From: a virus
Virus record (IMG/VR): IMGVR_UViG_3300007609_000013
Location: 10,129 to 74,128 of that record
Strand: one strand, 5' to 3'
Length of the DNA stretch: 64,000 nucleotides
How positions within the stretch are numbered: the stretch's first letter is position 1; each line of letters opens with the position of its first letter. The notes beneath the pieces are model-generated. The model was not told the origin of the DNA and did no database searches. It saw nothing but the letters and a program-made list of their open reading frames with translations. The translations under genes were made by a program, and so were the position numbers. Shown in pieces: positions 27,455 to 37,917 of this stretch.

Positions 27455-28266
27455 TTTTCAATTCTTCTAAAAGGCACTCCTTTGGCTATTTCTTCCACAG
27501 TCCATTCTGTGTGAGCAATCTTCAACAGCCACTCCTGTCTGTTGGTGCAGTCTACTCCGTGATATAGAGAGTTTGAGCTAGACTCTACTGGGATACCTTT
27601 TAATAATGCTTGCAATCCTGTGTTACTGGTGTGGGTAATCAGCCTACGGCAGTCTGTGAGAAGTTCGTAAAAATCAAAATCATCATATGTGCCTGGAATT
27701 TTTCGTGGGTAGCTGATTTCAACATTTTTGTCTTGTAAATCTGGTATAGGACATCGAGGATGAATTCTCACTATGATTTTGTTGTTGTATTGTAGTCCAA
27801 CTTGTTGTACAATTTTTTGTATCCACTCGCTCTGAGGTGGCATGTTCTTCCACAATTCACTACGATCATGTTGTCCGCATACGAGAATATGTCCGTGTGT
27901 GTTATCCTGCCAGTCTTCGAGTTTTACATTTAACTTGCTTGGACGGCCAATATCCAAAGGAAGATCCGTGCCGTAGTATCCTGTATTATCAATGTGATCC
28001 ACTGCCACACGCCATGTGTGATTTCTTGCAAGAGCACCCACTTCTAGTATTATCACAGGTTTGCCTTGATTGATATAATGTTGATATATTTCCTGAAACG
28101 GTGTCATTCTGCCGTGCCACAACACACTCCAAATCACTGCACAATCTGCGTGCAGGCTGTATTCCACAATCTCATGATGAGTATTTTGATGTATATAATC
28201 AACAAATGCATGGTAGACTGGTTTGCCAGCTATGCTAACACAATCAGGAAAAATACTAAATTTCAT
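27397..28266 (-). CDS. capsule-synthesis (KpsS/KpsC-like) GT-B protein
   Basis: GQ...S, VRIHP, TSNTGLQALLKGIP, HTEWT.EEI. Confidence 0.6.
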   Translation of the reverse strand: MKFSIFPDCVSIAGKPVYHAFVDYIHQNTHHEIVEYSLHADCAVIWSVLWHGRMTPFQEIYQHYINQGKPVIILEVGALARNHTWRVAVDHIDNTGYYGTDLPLDIGRPSKLNVKLEDWQDNTHGHILVCGQHDRSELWKNMPPQSEWIQKIVQQVGLQYNNKIIVRIHPRCPIPDLQDKNVEISYPRKIPGTYDDFDFYELLTDCRRLITHTSNTGLQALLKGIPVESSSNSLYHGVDCTNRQEWLLKIAHTEWTVEEIAKGVPFRRIENYCLSKLQRLPLNHSPTNS

Positions 28267-28316
28267 ATGGTATTTACAGCTAAATATACTATTATTAAAA
28301 AATTCAAAGGTGCAAA

Positions 28317-29108
28317 ATGTCAAATATAATAGCCGCAACCTGCTTTGGCCCTGATGGTTATCAGCAATATGGTCGTAGAATGCTGGAAAGCTTTCGGCAA
28401 CACTGGCCAAAAAATGTTACACTGTACGCATATTTAGATGAGCCGATCACAGAAGATCAAAGTGTGTCTGCAGACAACATTGTGTATAAAATTCTGAATA
28501 ATAGAGGGCTAGTGCATTTCAAAAACAAACATCTGCACAATCCTAGAGCAAGAGGACTTGCACCAGAACAAATGAAAAACGGCAAGCAAAATTATGCGTG
28601 GGACGCTGTTCGCTTCGCTCACAAAGTGTTTGCATATGCCGAGGCAGCCACAACTACTGGGTGCGACATTGCTGTTTGGCTAGATGGGGATACTTTTACA
28701 CACAGTTTGGTCACAGAACAAACCATTGAAAGTTGGTGCCCAAGTAATAAGTTTGCAGGATTCCTAGACAGACCGTGGTTGTATACCGAAACCGGATTTC
28801 ATATTTTTCGCATGAATCATCCAATTTCCAAACAGTTTGTGCAAAAATGGATTGATATGTACACACAAGAAAAAGTTTTTGATCTCAGTGGATACACAGA
28901 CTGTCACACCTACGATCATGTGAGAAAACAATACGATCAGCGTTATTGGTACAATCTCAGTCCAGGGTTCGAACATCCACACCCCTTTATAAATGGAGTG
29001 TTGGGCGAAGTAATGGATCACATGAAAGGGCCGAGAAAAAGCAAAGGATCTAGTCATAAAAAAGATCTAGTAGTAGAAAGAGATGGGTATTGGAACAATG
29101 TTACTTGA
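28317..29108 (+). CDS. glycosyltransferase-like protein
   Basis: WDAVRFAHKVFA, WLDGD, ETGF, DHMKG.RK. Confidence 0.7.
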   Translation: MSNIIAATCFGPDGYQQYGRRMLESFRQHWPKNVTLYAYLDEPITEDQSVSADNIVYKILNNRGLVHFKNKHLHNPRARGLAPEQMKNGKQNYAWDAVRFAHKVFAYAEAATTTGCDIAVWLDGDTFTHSLVTEQTIESWCPSNKFAGFLDRPWLYTETGFHIFRMNHPISKQFVQKWIDMYTQEKVFDLSGYTDCHTYDHVRKQYDQRYWYNLSPGFEHPHPFINGVLGEVMDHMKGPRKSKGSSHKKDLVVERDGYWNNVT

Positions 29109-29913
29109 TCTTCATTGTCCGCCAAATCAAGACAGCAAAGCATATTTTATTTTTGATGCTATCAGCAACTGTTATGAGACTCGAAGAAAGAAAACACGAG
29201 TACTAGACAAAAATGCTGTACAGGTGTTTTGGGGTTTGGCAAACGGTAACAGTCAAGCAATTTATCATTGCGAAATGCAGAAAATACCATATATTTTTGT
29301 AGACATGCCCTACACTCACAGATGGACCAAGCATGATATTGATTGGAGTATGCAAAATGCACTATGGAGAATTGTGCCTAACAACATACACATTACAAAA
29401 TCACAAGAGTTTGACAATCAAAGATACAAAGACCTCAACATTCAAACAAAAGATTGGAACACACAAGGTTCAAAAATATTAATTTGTCCTAGCAGCTATG
29501 CACTAACAAGACACATTACTGGATTGAGTGACAGTCACTGGGCCGACAGCGTGGCTGCAAAATGCAGAGAATTGTATCCAGACTTGATCACTATGATAAG
29601 ATACAAACCACGTGCCAACGGCACCAGTGGTCCTGATGTAGAACCTATTGACTTTACAAATTGTTTTGCTACCGTAACACTTGCAAGCATGGTTGGTGTA
29701 GAAGGCACTTTGCAAGGAATACCAAATCTAATTACTGCTAGCGGAGTAAGTCCTGCAGAAGATGTGAGCACTATGTTGGGTGATCCATTGGTGTATCCTG
29801 CAAGACAACAATGGATCAACACGCTGGCAAACTATCAGTATAGTTTAGATGAAATAAAAAATAATAAGATAGGACATATAATAGAAAATGTTGTACGCAT
29901 ACATAACAGGTAA
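29098..29913 (+). CDS. KpsS-like GT-B protein
   Basis: ILICPSS, RYKP, S..GVEG...GIP, LA.YQY...E. Confidence 0.55.
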   Translation: MLLDLHCPPNQDSKAYFIFDAISNCYETRRKKTRVLDKNAVQVFWGLANGNSQAIYHCEMQKIPYIFVDMPYTHRWTKHDIDWSMQNALWRIVPNNIHITKSQEFDNQRYKDLNIQTKDWNTQGSKILICPSSYALTRHITGLSDSHWADSVAAKCRELYPDLITMIRYKPRANGTSGPDVEPIDFTNCFATVTLASMVGVEGTLQGIPNLITASGVSPAEDVSTMLGDPLVYPARQQWINTLANYQYSLDEIKNNKIGHIIENVVRIHNR

Positions 29914-30739
29914 GCCCACACAAGATCTTACCGTACAAAGTTTTGCAAGAGGGTGCGGCGCACAAGTTTTGCATATCAAGCATTATGAACGCAACGGATT
30001 TAATCCCAAGTGTACAGGAGTGATTTTTGCTGGAATACTGCGTGGCAATGCCCAGTTATATCAGCATGCAAGAGCACAAGGAATTGACACTTATATGATA
30101 GATCACGCATACCTAGGTGGCGGCACATATGAACCTCCGTACTGGATGCGTATAACCAAAAACGGATTTGTTCAAAACAAAATTGTAGATGATATTGATC
30201 AAAAAAGATACAAAAGGTATTTTAAAAAAAATCTTCAGCCGTGGAACTTCAAAGACAAAAAGAAAATTTACATATTACCCCCGACTCAAGCAGTACAATA
30301 TGCCATAGGTGCACAGAAATGGTTGAGCAAAACCGTCAGCAGTCTCAAAACACAAACTGAAGACACTAGACTACAGTTGGTAGTAAGTGAAAAACCAAAT
30401 CAGCCTGTGGTAAATCAGCAAACTGGCAAAATCACAGGAAGAACTCCTAAAAAGAAAAAAGCAGAAAACTGGAATCAACTATTAGACGAAGCCTATTGTG
30501 TGGTTGCTTTCAACAGCAATCTTGCAATCACTGCACTAGAAAAAGGAGTTCCGGTGATAACAACAAAATTTTGCCCAGCATATCCTCTCAGCAACAATGT
30601 AAAAAGTATATTGGATCTACAGTGTTTTCATCGCCAGGAGTTGTTTGAAAGTCTAAGCATGGGACAGTTTAACATATACGAAATGCGCAACGGCTATGCA
30701 TACAAAATGTTACAACAAATGGATCAAGTGCATGAATAA
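29888..30739 (+). CDS. KpsS-like GT-B protein
   Basis: GILRG, IDHAY, VVAFNSN.A..A...GVP, GQF...EM. Confidence 0.55.
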   Translation: MLYAYITGKPTQDLTVQSFARGCGAQVLHIKHYERNGFNPKCTGVIFAGILRGNAQLYQHARAQGIDTYMIDHAYLGGGTYEPPYWMRITKNGFVQNKIVDDIDQKRYKRYFKKNLQPWNFKDKKKIYILPPTQAVQYAIGAQKWLSKTVSSLKTQTEDTRLQLVVSEKPNQPVVNQQTGKITGRTPKKKKAENWNQLLDEAYCVVAFNSNLAITALEKGVPVITTKFCPAYPLSNNVKSILDLQCFHRQELFESLSMGQFNIYEMRNGYAYKMLQQMDQVHE

Positions 30740-31829
30740 AATAAAATTATTTGCTCCGATGAGTAGTAAGGCTGTTGCGGGCATGCAATCGTGGCTGGAT
30801 AACAACTCACATGTGGTTGGCTTTGAAATGTACACATCTTCGAGAATAGCAAACAATATTATACAAAACGATTGTTTTTTAACCCTAACCGAATGGCAAT
30901 ATTTTCTTGAATGTGACGCTGTGGTATTGTTTGGAACATGGGGTAGCACGCACCCAGACCGACAACTTACACCTAATTCAACACTAGACCTATCTTGTGT
31001 AAAAAGACAAGCCTATTTGGAATACATCAACAGAAACATGGTGGATCTTTGCAAAAAGTATCATAAACCAATCATTGTTATAGAAACTGCTACCTACAGC
31101 AGAACAAGGGCAAATCATCTAGATGAATGGCATCTCAAAGGTGTTAAGCCGAGGTATTATAGGATGGGCATAAATCACTGGACCTGGAGTAGAACCACAT
31201 GGTGCGATGCATCCATGGACGAAGGCAACAGAGACCTAATTTTTTACAATAAGTTTGAAGAGTATGCAAAAAAACCTTTTCCTATAAACAGACGCAGATG
31301 GCGACACAATCTCAAAGGTGATGTATACATTGTTGCCGGCCTTGAGCATGATCCGACCAGCAACGAATCTATAGATCGATGGATACAAAAAAGCATTAGA
31401 AAAATTCAACAGCATTCTACTAGAAAAATTATTGTGAGATCGCATCCGCTCAGCAGTCTTGACTATGAAGAAATTCTCAAAGACTTTGATTCAAAAAAAG
31501 TAAGTTATATCCCCGAAGAAAAACAGCAGACTATCAAAGATGACAGCAAAAAAATGTATTGCGCTGTGGTAGACAGCAGTACCAGCGTGTTTGAACTGTT
31601 AGATTTAGGAATTCCTGTTTTTTGTACTGAACACAGTTTTGCTGCACCTTTTGGCAACACTGATTTATCAAAAATCGAAAAGCCTGTTCTCAAAGACAAA
31701 AAATTCTACTCGCAATGGGTGCAACAAATGTGTTACACTGAGTTTTCTTTTGGTGAGTTCACAGAAGGGCAAATTTTTAAATATATAAGAAAATTACTGG
31801 ATAAGTATCACACAATAGGAATCAATTAA
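30732..31829 (+). CDS. KpsS-like GT-B protein
   Basis: VRSHP, SSTS..E....GIPVF, YTEF...E. Confidence 0.55.
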   Translation: MNKIKLFAPMSSKAVAGMQSWLDNNSHVVGFEMYTSSRIANNIIQNDCFLTLTEWQYFLECDAVVLFGTWGSTHPDRQLTPNSTLDLSCVKRQAYLEYINRNMVDLCKKYHKPIIVIETATYSRTRANHLDEWHLKGVKPRYYRMGINHWTWSRTTWCDASMDEGNRDLIFYNKFEEYAKKPFPINRRRWRHNLKGDVYIVAGLEHDPTSNESIDRWIQKSIRKIQQHSTRKIIVRSHPLSSLDYEEILKDFDSKKVSYIPEEKQQTIKDDSKKMYCAVVDSSTSVFELLDLGIPVFCTEHSFAAPFGNTDLSKIEKPVLKDKKFYSQWVQQMCYTEFSFGEFTEGQIFKYIRKLLDKYHTIGIN

Positions 31830-32998
31830 TGTATAGTTTAGCACACGACACCTGGGATCAGCGCGAAGTTGATGCTCTACAAAAAGTAATATCCAGCGGT
31901 AGGTATACCATGGGCCCACAAGTAAAAGAATTCGAGCAACAGTTTGCCAAATATGTGGGCTCAAAACATGCAATTATGACCAACAGTGGTAGCAGTGCAA
32001 ATCTGGTTGCACTCACGGCCTTGGTTCAAAATCCACGTTATGACTTATCGCCTGGTGATGAAGTGATTGTACCTAGTGTAAGCTGGAGCACTACGTATTT
32101 TCCTGTGCATCAAAACGGGCTTGTGTTAAAATTTGTTGATGTAGACAGATCTTCACTTAATCTGAATATTGATCTTGTAAAAAACGCCATCACAGAAAAA
32201 ACCAAAGCAATTTTTGCTGTAAACCTATTAGGCAACAGTTGCGAATTGCAACTGCTCAAAAACATCTGTGAACAACATAATCTGGTGTTAATTGAAGATA
32301 ATTGCGAAAGTTTTGGCGCTATGCACGATGACAAATATTGTGGAACTTGGGGTGCTGCCGGTACTTTTAGTTTTTTCTTCAGTCATCACTTGCAAACAAT
32401 GGAAGGAGGAATGGTAGTAACCAACGACAGCGATCTTGCAGATTATATGCGAAGTATTCGAGCTCACGGTTGGGTAAGAGACTTGTCTCCTCAAAATAGT
32501 TTGTATGAGCACACAGGCAACAGTTTTGAAGACAGTTTCCGGTTTGTTCTTCCAGGATATTGTGTTCGCCCACTTGAAATGAGCGGCGCAGTTGGAAAAG
32601 TACAGTTGGAAAAATCCATAGAAATGTTGTCCCAGCGCAACGCTAACGCGATGGCGTATCACGAGCTGTTTGACGACTTTGATGTAGTACAAACTCAAAC
32701 GCCTACTATACCTGGACAGCACAGCTATTTTGGTTTTAGTCTTATACTACAAAATCAACTTGCTGGTCGCAGAGAGGAAGTTGTCGAACTATTCAAACAT
32801 CACGGTATCGAGTGCCGTCCTATTGTGGCTGGCAACTTTGTGCGCAATCCTGTGATCAATAGACTCAATCATATTCGAGAAGATCAATATCCTGTTGCTG
32901 ATGATATCCACGACAACGGATTCTTCTTGGGCAATGATAATCGTGTGCTGGTTGAAAGTTTATGCAAAGTAAAAGAACTATTAGAGAGTTTGGTATGA
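31829..32998 (+). CDS. colD: DegT/DnrJ-family PLP enzyme, ColD-like GDP-4-keto-6-deoxymannose 3-dehydratase
   Basis: NSGSSANL, EDNCES, SFFFSHHLQTMEGG (His in place of the Schiff-base Lys, as in ColD); adjacent to gmd. Confidence 0.8.
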   Translation: MYSLAHDTWDQREVDALQKVISSGRYTMGPQVKEFEQQFAKYVGSKHAIMTNSGSSANLVALTALVQNPRYDLSPGDEVIVPSVSWSTTYFPVHQNGLVLKFVDVDRSSLNLNIDLVKNAITEKTKAIFAVNLLGNSCELQLLKNICEQHNLVLIEDNCESFGAMHDDKYCGTWGAAGTFSFFFSHHLQTMEGGMVVTNDSDLADYMRSIRAHGWVRDLSPQNSLYEHTGNSFEDSFRFVLPGYCVRPLEMSGAVGKVQLEKSIEMLSQRNANAMAYHELFDDFDVVQTQTPTIPGQHSYFGFSLILQNQLAGRREEVVELFKHHGIECRPIVAGNFVRNPVINRLNHIREDQYPVADDIHDNGFFLGNDNRVLVESLCKVKELLESLV

Positions 32999-33966
32999 CC
33001 ACAGCAGTAATCACAGGATTTCCAGGACAAGATGCATGTTATCTTGCAGATTTTTTGCTGCAAAAAAATTATACTGTTGTAGGTGTAATCAAACGTTACA
33101 GTGTGCCTAATCTTTCTAACCTAGAATTTTTCAAACTTCAGCAACGTGGTCTAATATTAGAAACAGGTGATGTCACTGATGTTGGCAGTTTGTTTGATAT
33201 TGTTGAGCAGTACCAGCCAGATGAGTTTTATAATCTTGCCGCACAGAGTTATGTAGGAGGCAGCTGGCGACTAGCACACACAACCACAGATGTAGATGCT
33301 ATTGGTCCATTAAACTGCTTAGAAGCTGTTCGTAGAATTAAACCAGACTGTAGATTTTATCAAGCAGGCACCAGCGAAATGTTTGGCAACAGCCACAACA
33401 ATGGATGGCAAAGAGAAAACACAAACATGATGCCACGCAGTCCTTATGGAGTTGCTAAACTCTATGGCTATCACATCACACGAAACATGAGAGAAAGCTA
33501 TGATATGTTTGCATGCAGTGGTGTTTTGTTTAATCATGAGTCGCCCATTAGAGGAATAGAGTTTGTGACTAGAAAAGTCACCGACGGAGTTGCACAGATT
33601 GTGACAGGCAAAGCAGATAATATTGAACTTGGCAATCTCGATGCAGAAAGAGATTGGGGCTTTGCCGGAGACTTTGTGGAGGCTATGTGGATGATGTTGC
33701 AAGCTGAAACTCCAGTTGACTATGTGTGTGCCACCGGCGAAACACATTCAGTTCAAAAGTTATGCGAAACGGCTTTTGCCGCTGCAGGAATTAACAATTG
33801 GCAAAAGTATGTTGTGTCCACAGATAGATACAAACGTCCAGCAGAGCTGAATTATCTCAGAGGGGATAGCACCAAACTAAGAGAAGAACTTGGCTGGCAA
33901 CCCAGAGTAAATTTTGACACTCTTGTTGCTATGATGATAGAAGAAGACATTGCTAGGCACCAATGA
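32995..33966 (+). CDS. gmd: GDP-mannose 4,6-dehydratase
   Basis: ITG..GQD..YL, YNLAAQS.V, PRSPYGVAKLY, LFNHESP, RDWGFA. Confidence 0.92.
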   Translation: MTTAVITGFPGQDACYLADFLLQKNYTVVGVIKRYSVPNLSNLEFFKLQQRGLILETGDVTDVGSLFDIVEQYQPDEFYNLAAQSYVGGSWRLAHTTTDVDAIGPLNCLEAVRRIKPDCRFYQAGTSEMFGNSHNNGWQRENTNMMPRSPYGVAKLYGYHITRNMRESYDMFACSGVLFNHESPIRGIEFVTRKVTDGVAQIVTGKADNIELGNLDAERDWGFAGDFVEAMWMMLQAETPVDYVCATGETHSVQKLCETAFAAAGINNWQKYVVSTDRYKRPAELNYLRGDSTKLREELGWQPRVNFDTLVAMMIEEDIARHQ

Positions 33967-34502
33967 AAATTTACATCACAGGACACACCAGCGGACTAGG
34001 GCTAGCATTGTACAAATGGCTACCGCTCAGCGGACACGAAGTTGCAGGACTTAGCAGAACAAATGGTTATGATCTCAACAAGTTTTTGCCAGTGTATGAT
34101 GATTTTGACGTTTACATAAACAATGCGTATGTAGGCTATCGACAGATTGATCTGTTGTATGCTCTCTTTGAAAAAAATCAACACAGAAAGTGCCAAATTG
34201 TCAACATTGGCAGTGTAAGCGCCGATGGTAATTATGATAGAGTAAACGAATATGCAGTACACAAAGCTGCTCTTGACAAAGCATGTATGCAATTGCAACT
34301 CATAGACAGCGAGTGCAAAGTAGTGCAGGTAAAACTAGGTAGAATGGATACACCTTTGGTTGCCGACAAAGTTAACATGCCAAAAATCAATCCAGAATTT
34401 GTAGCTCAGTATATTACTAGCAATGTAATTAATGTACCAAAAAACATTCTAGTGAAAAATCTTACTTTAGACATAATGCACAGTCGGAGACCAACACAAT
34501 GA
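33963..34502 (+). CDS. short-chain dehydrogenase/reductase (compact)
   Basis: TGHTSGLG, INNA, NIGS, Y...K. Confidence 0.75.
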   Translation: MKIYITGHTSGLGLALYKWLPLSGHEVAGLSRTNGYDLNKFLPVYDDFDVYINNAYVGYRQIDLLYALFEKNQHRKCQIVNIGSVSADGNYDRVNEYAVHKAALDKACMQLQLIDSECKVVQVKLGRMDTPLVADKVNMPKINPEFVAQYITSNVINVPKNILVKNLTLDIMHSRRPTQ

Positions 34503-35119
34503 CAAAAGCACTGAAAAAAGCATTTAATATAAGTCAATGGAACTCTTTAAAGTTAAACTATTGGGGTATACCCAAATGCGGAAATACCAGTGTTAAATAT
34601 GCATTGTTAAAAACAATTAATAAAACACATCAAGATACCAGCGAAACACATCAATGGGTACATGGGCTTGATCATGCAGAGTATATCAGCAGGGAAACAG
34701 CATTAAGCAATGGGTATAACAATTTTGCAACAATACGAAATCCATACGATCGTGTAAAAAGTTTATACAAAGATTTTGGAATACGCAGGGCCGATATTAA
34801 AATCATGCCCGGTGTTGACAGTGGAAAACTACAGAATTTAGATTATTTTTTAAAACATTATATTCAGCAAAGCACCGATGCCAACAATATTCATCTTAGA
34901 AGTTTGTCTTATTTTTTAATAAAAGACAATAAACTTCTAATTGATAATGTTGTAGATATCAATCAAGTGGATATTTTCCTATCTAAATATAAAATTGATG
35001 TACCTACCTTAAATACCACTCAAGACATTGATATTGAATTCACAGATCAACAAAAGTATCTAATTTACACTAGATATCAACAAGATTTTGAAATATTTGG
35101 ATACAACAAATGCTTCTAG
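34499..35119 (+). CDS. sulfotransferase family 2 protein
   Basis: IPKCGNTS (5'-PSB), RNPYDRV.S (3'-PB), Y..DF..FGY. Confidence 0.8.
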   Translation: MTKALKKAFNISQWNSLKLNYWGIPKCGNTSVKYALLKTINKTHQDTSETHQWVHGLDHAEYISRETALSNGYNNFATIRNPYDRVKSLYKDFGIRRADIKIMPGVDSGKLQNLDYFLKHYIQQSTDANNIHLRSLSYFLIKDNKLLIDNVVDINQVDIFLSKYKIDVPTLNTTQDIDIEFTDQQKYLIYTRYQQDFEIFGYNKCF

Positions 35120-35691
35120 CAGATCAAACTCTTAAAATTTTACTCAACGAATATAATTTTAACACTGTACTAGATATAGGATGCGGTCCTGGAAAGCACA
35201 GCAATAGATTGCGTGCCGCTGGAAAAAATGTAACCAGCACTGATTTTACTGCAAGGTTTGAAGGGGTAGTAGAAGGAGACTATGCTAGTTTAAAATTTCA
35301 ACCACACGACGCTATATGGTGTAGTCATGTGTTAGAGCATGTTTTAGACATTCAAAGTTTTCTTTCCAAGCTAATCAGAGAATGCAAAGAAGGTGGGCCT
35401 ATTGCAATTACCGTACCACCGCTCAAGCATCAAATAGTAGGAGGGCATGTGAGTCTTTGGAATGCTGGACTGCTATTGTATAGGTTAGTATTAGCAGGGC
35501 TGGACTGTAGAGAAGCCAGAGTAGGATGTTATGGATATAATGTTAGCGTTATAGTTGAAAAGAAAATGATTCAACAAATGCCATCTATTAGAATGGGCGG
35601 TGGCGATATTGAATTATTATCAGATTATTTTCCAATACCAGTAAAACAAGGATTCAACGGCAAAGATATTAGTCATCGTTGGACTAACTAG
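35110..35691 (+). CDS. SAM-dependent methyltransferase
   Basis: VLDIGCGPG, WCSHVLEH. Confidence 0.85.
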   Translation: MLLADQTLKILLNEYNFNTVLDIGCGPGKHSNRLRAAGKNVTSTDFTARFEGVVEGDYASLKFQPHDAIWCSHVLEHVLDIQSFLSKLIRECKEGGPIAITVPPLKHQIVGGHVSLWNAGLLLYRLVLAGLDCREARVGCYGYNVSVIVEKKMIQQMPSIRMGGGDIELLSDYFPIPVKQGFNGKDISHRWTN

Positions 35692-36367
35692 TGTACATGT
35701 TAATTACTTCTTTTTTCCACACATCTGAATATTCGCAATCTCTCATGTGCTCGAACCACGGACCGCCTTCGGTGAGGTGCAGCATTTTTGGCTGTCCGTC
35801 GGCGGGCTCATGATAATGTCCGACCAACCAATTCCACTCGTGTGAAATTTCCCCTATCTCACTGTCTTTACACCACTCGAATCTATGTAGATACTTGCCT
35901 GTTTGAACGTTGACATTTTCTTTGGTTAGATTTTTAACTACACTAGGATGAGCACAGTTCAACAACATCACACTGCTCCAATTTTTCCGTGGATAAGGTA
36001 ATTGTAATTGTCCGTCCATCTTGGTACCTTCAGGTGGATTGTAGTTGTGTTTTGCAACCATCACTGCATATTGATCATCTGCTTGGTCAAACAGGGTGTT
36101 TACATCTTCCAAGCATACCATATCGCAGTCAATGAACAATGCCCATCCTTTGTATCCGGCTAGATAAGGTACTAGAAATCGTGTGAATGTAAATTCAGTG
36201 CTGGCAAGTTTGTCTGGCTCCCTAAAATAGTGGCCGTGCTTTCGCAAGTCTTGATGTTTGAGTGGTATAAGTTTAACAGGTTTGCTGGCTCGTCGTTGTA
36301 TACTGTGTTCGCAGACCTGGTATGCAATGTCTTCTCGGCTGTCCCAGCCTATGTAAATTTTGTTCAT
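35684..36367 (-). CDS. GT-A glycosyltransferase (GT8-like)
   Basis: IGWDSRE, STEFTFTRFLVP, FIDCD, YPRKNWSS, HLTEGGPW. Confidence 0.8.
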   Translation of the reverse strand: MNKIYIGWDSREDIAYQVCEHSIQRRASKPVKLIPLKHQDLRKHGHYFREPDKLASTEFTFTRFLVPYLAGYKGWALFIDCDMVCLEDVNTLFDQADDQYAVMVAKHNYNPPEGTKMDGQLQLPYPRKNWSSVMLLNCAHPSVVKNLTKENVNVQTGKYLHRFEWCKDSEIGEISHEWNWLVGHYHEPADGQPKMLHLTEGGPWFEHMRDCEYSDVWKKEVINMYTS

Positions 36368-36406
36368 GCGAGTATTTATTGAGTAAATATACAACGAGAG
36401 CATTCT

Positions 36407-37144
36407 ATGACCACATACAAAACTATTTTTATTTCTGACATTCATCTAGGCACAAGAGGTTGTAAAGCAGATTTGCTGTGCAAGTTTCTCAAAGAGCATA
36501 CCTGTGAACAATTGTATCTAGTAGGCGACATCATCGACGGTTGGCGCATGAAAAAGAGTTGGTACTGGCCACAAAGTCATACCAACGTTGTAAGACGCAT
36601 CCTCACAGCAGCCAAGCGCGGCACAGAAGTACACTATGTGTTGGGCAACCACGACGAAGATCTGCGTAGATTCTTACCATTTGATATATCATTTGGCAGG
36701 ATCGAAATCAGCAATCGCCGAGACTATATAGGTGTTGACGGAAAAAAGTATCTTGTGATACACGGAGATCAATTTGATACGGTGATGACTAAACACAAGT
36801 GGATGATGTTTTTTGGTGATAATTTATACAACACTCTTATATGGACTAACACCAAACTTAACCATATTCGCGGATTGCTAGGCATGGACTATTGGAGTTT
36901 GAGCCAGTATCTCAAAAGCCGCACCAAACAAGCACTGAACTTTATCTACAAGTTTGAAGAACACTTGGCATTGTATTGTCATAAAAAGGGCTACAACGGC
37001 GTGATATGTGGACATATTCATACACCTTGTATTAAAGACATAAGTGGTATTGCATACATGAACGACGGCGACTGGGTGGAAAGCTGTAGTGCTCTAGTAG
37101 AACATCATGATGGTACATGGGAATTAATAAGGTACACAAAATGA
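36407..37144 (+). CDS. LpxH-like calcineurin-type metallophosphoesterase
   Basis: SDIHLG, GDIIDGW, GNHD, HGD, CGHIH, N.GDW. Confidence 0.85.
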   Translation: MTTYKTIFISDIHLGTRGCKADLLCKFLKEHTCEQLYLVGDIIDGWRMKKSWYWPQSHTNVVRRILTAAKRGTEVHYVLGNHDEDLRRFLPFDISFGRIEISNRRDYIGVDGKKYLVIHGDQFDTVMTKHKWMMFFGDNLYNTLIWTNTKLNHIRGLLGMDYWSLSQYLKSRTKQALNFIYKFEEHLALYCHKKGYNGVICGHIHTPCIKDISGIAYMNDGDWVESCSALVEHHDGTWELIRYTK

Positions 37145-37917
37145 AAATAATTCTAGTCTCTGGCGGATTTGATCCGTTGCACAGTGGTCACATCAAATAC
37201 TTTCAAGCCGCAAAAGCACTAGGGGACAGGCTAGTAGTCGGTGTAAACAGCGATGCATGGCTTGAAAGGAAAAAAGGCCGTGCGTTTATGCCCGTAAAAG
37301 AACGTGCAGAAATTATTCGAAATTTAAGATGTGTTGATGCAGTAGTTGCATTTGACAATGAATATGATGTAGACGGAACTTGTAAACAGTTTGTAAAAGA
37401 CAGTTGTCGAAACTACGAGGAAGACGAAGTAGTATTCGCTAACGGTGGTGATAGAACAGAAATCAACATCCCAGAAATGAATGTATCAGCAGAAAATTTA
37501 AGTTTTGAATTTGGCGTAGGCGGAGAAGACAAAGTCAACAGCAGTAGTTGGATACTGTCTAATTGGAAAGCACCCAAGACAAAACGTCCGTGGGGGTACT
37601 ACAGAGTGTTGCACGAAGACAGTGGTGTAAAAGTCAAAGAGCTTTCTGTAGAACCAGGCAAGCAACTGAGCATGCAAAAACATTTTCATCGCAGTGAATA
37701 TTGGCTAGTAAGTGAAGGCGAAGCAACCATTGAATATCAGCAAAATGCCAAATGGACTACCGAAATAGCCACCAAAAAAAACAAGTTCGAAGATATCAAA
37801 ATACCTGTGGGCACTTGGCATAGGCTGAGCAATCACACCGAACACCCTTTAAAAATTATAGAAATACAGTATGGTGATATCTGCGAAGAATCGGATATAG
37901 TTAGACGCAATGATTAA
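37141..37917 (+). CDS. cytidylyltransferase fused to a mannose-6-P isomerase type II cupin
   Basis: GGFDPLHSGH, FANGGDR; RPWG.Y, LSMQ.H..RSEYW. Confidence 0.85.
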   Translation: MKIILVSGGFDPLHSGHIKYFQAAKALGDRLVVGVNSDAWLERKKGRAFMPVKERAEIIRNLRCVDAVVAFDNEYDVDGTCKQFVKDSCRNYEEDEVVFANGGDRTEINIPEMNVSAENLSFEFGVGGEDKVNSSSWILSNWKAPKTKRPWGYYRVLHEDSGVKVKELSVEPGKQLSMQKHFHRSEYWLVSEGEATIEYQQNAKWTTEIATKKNKFEDIKIPVGTWHRLSNHTEHPLKIIEIQYGDICEESDIVRRND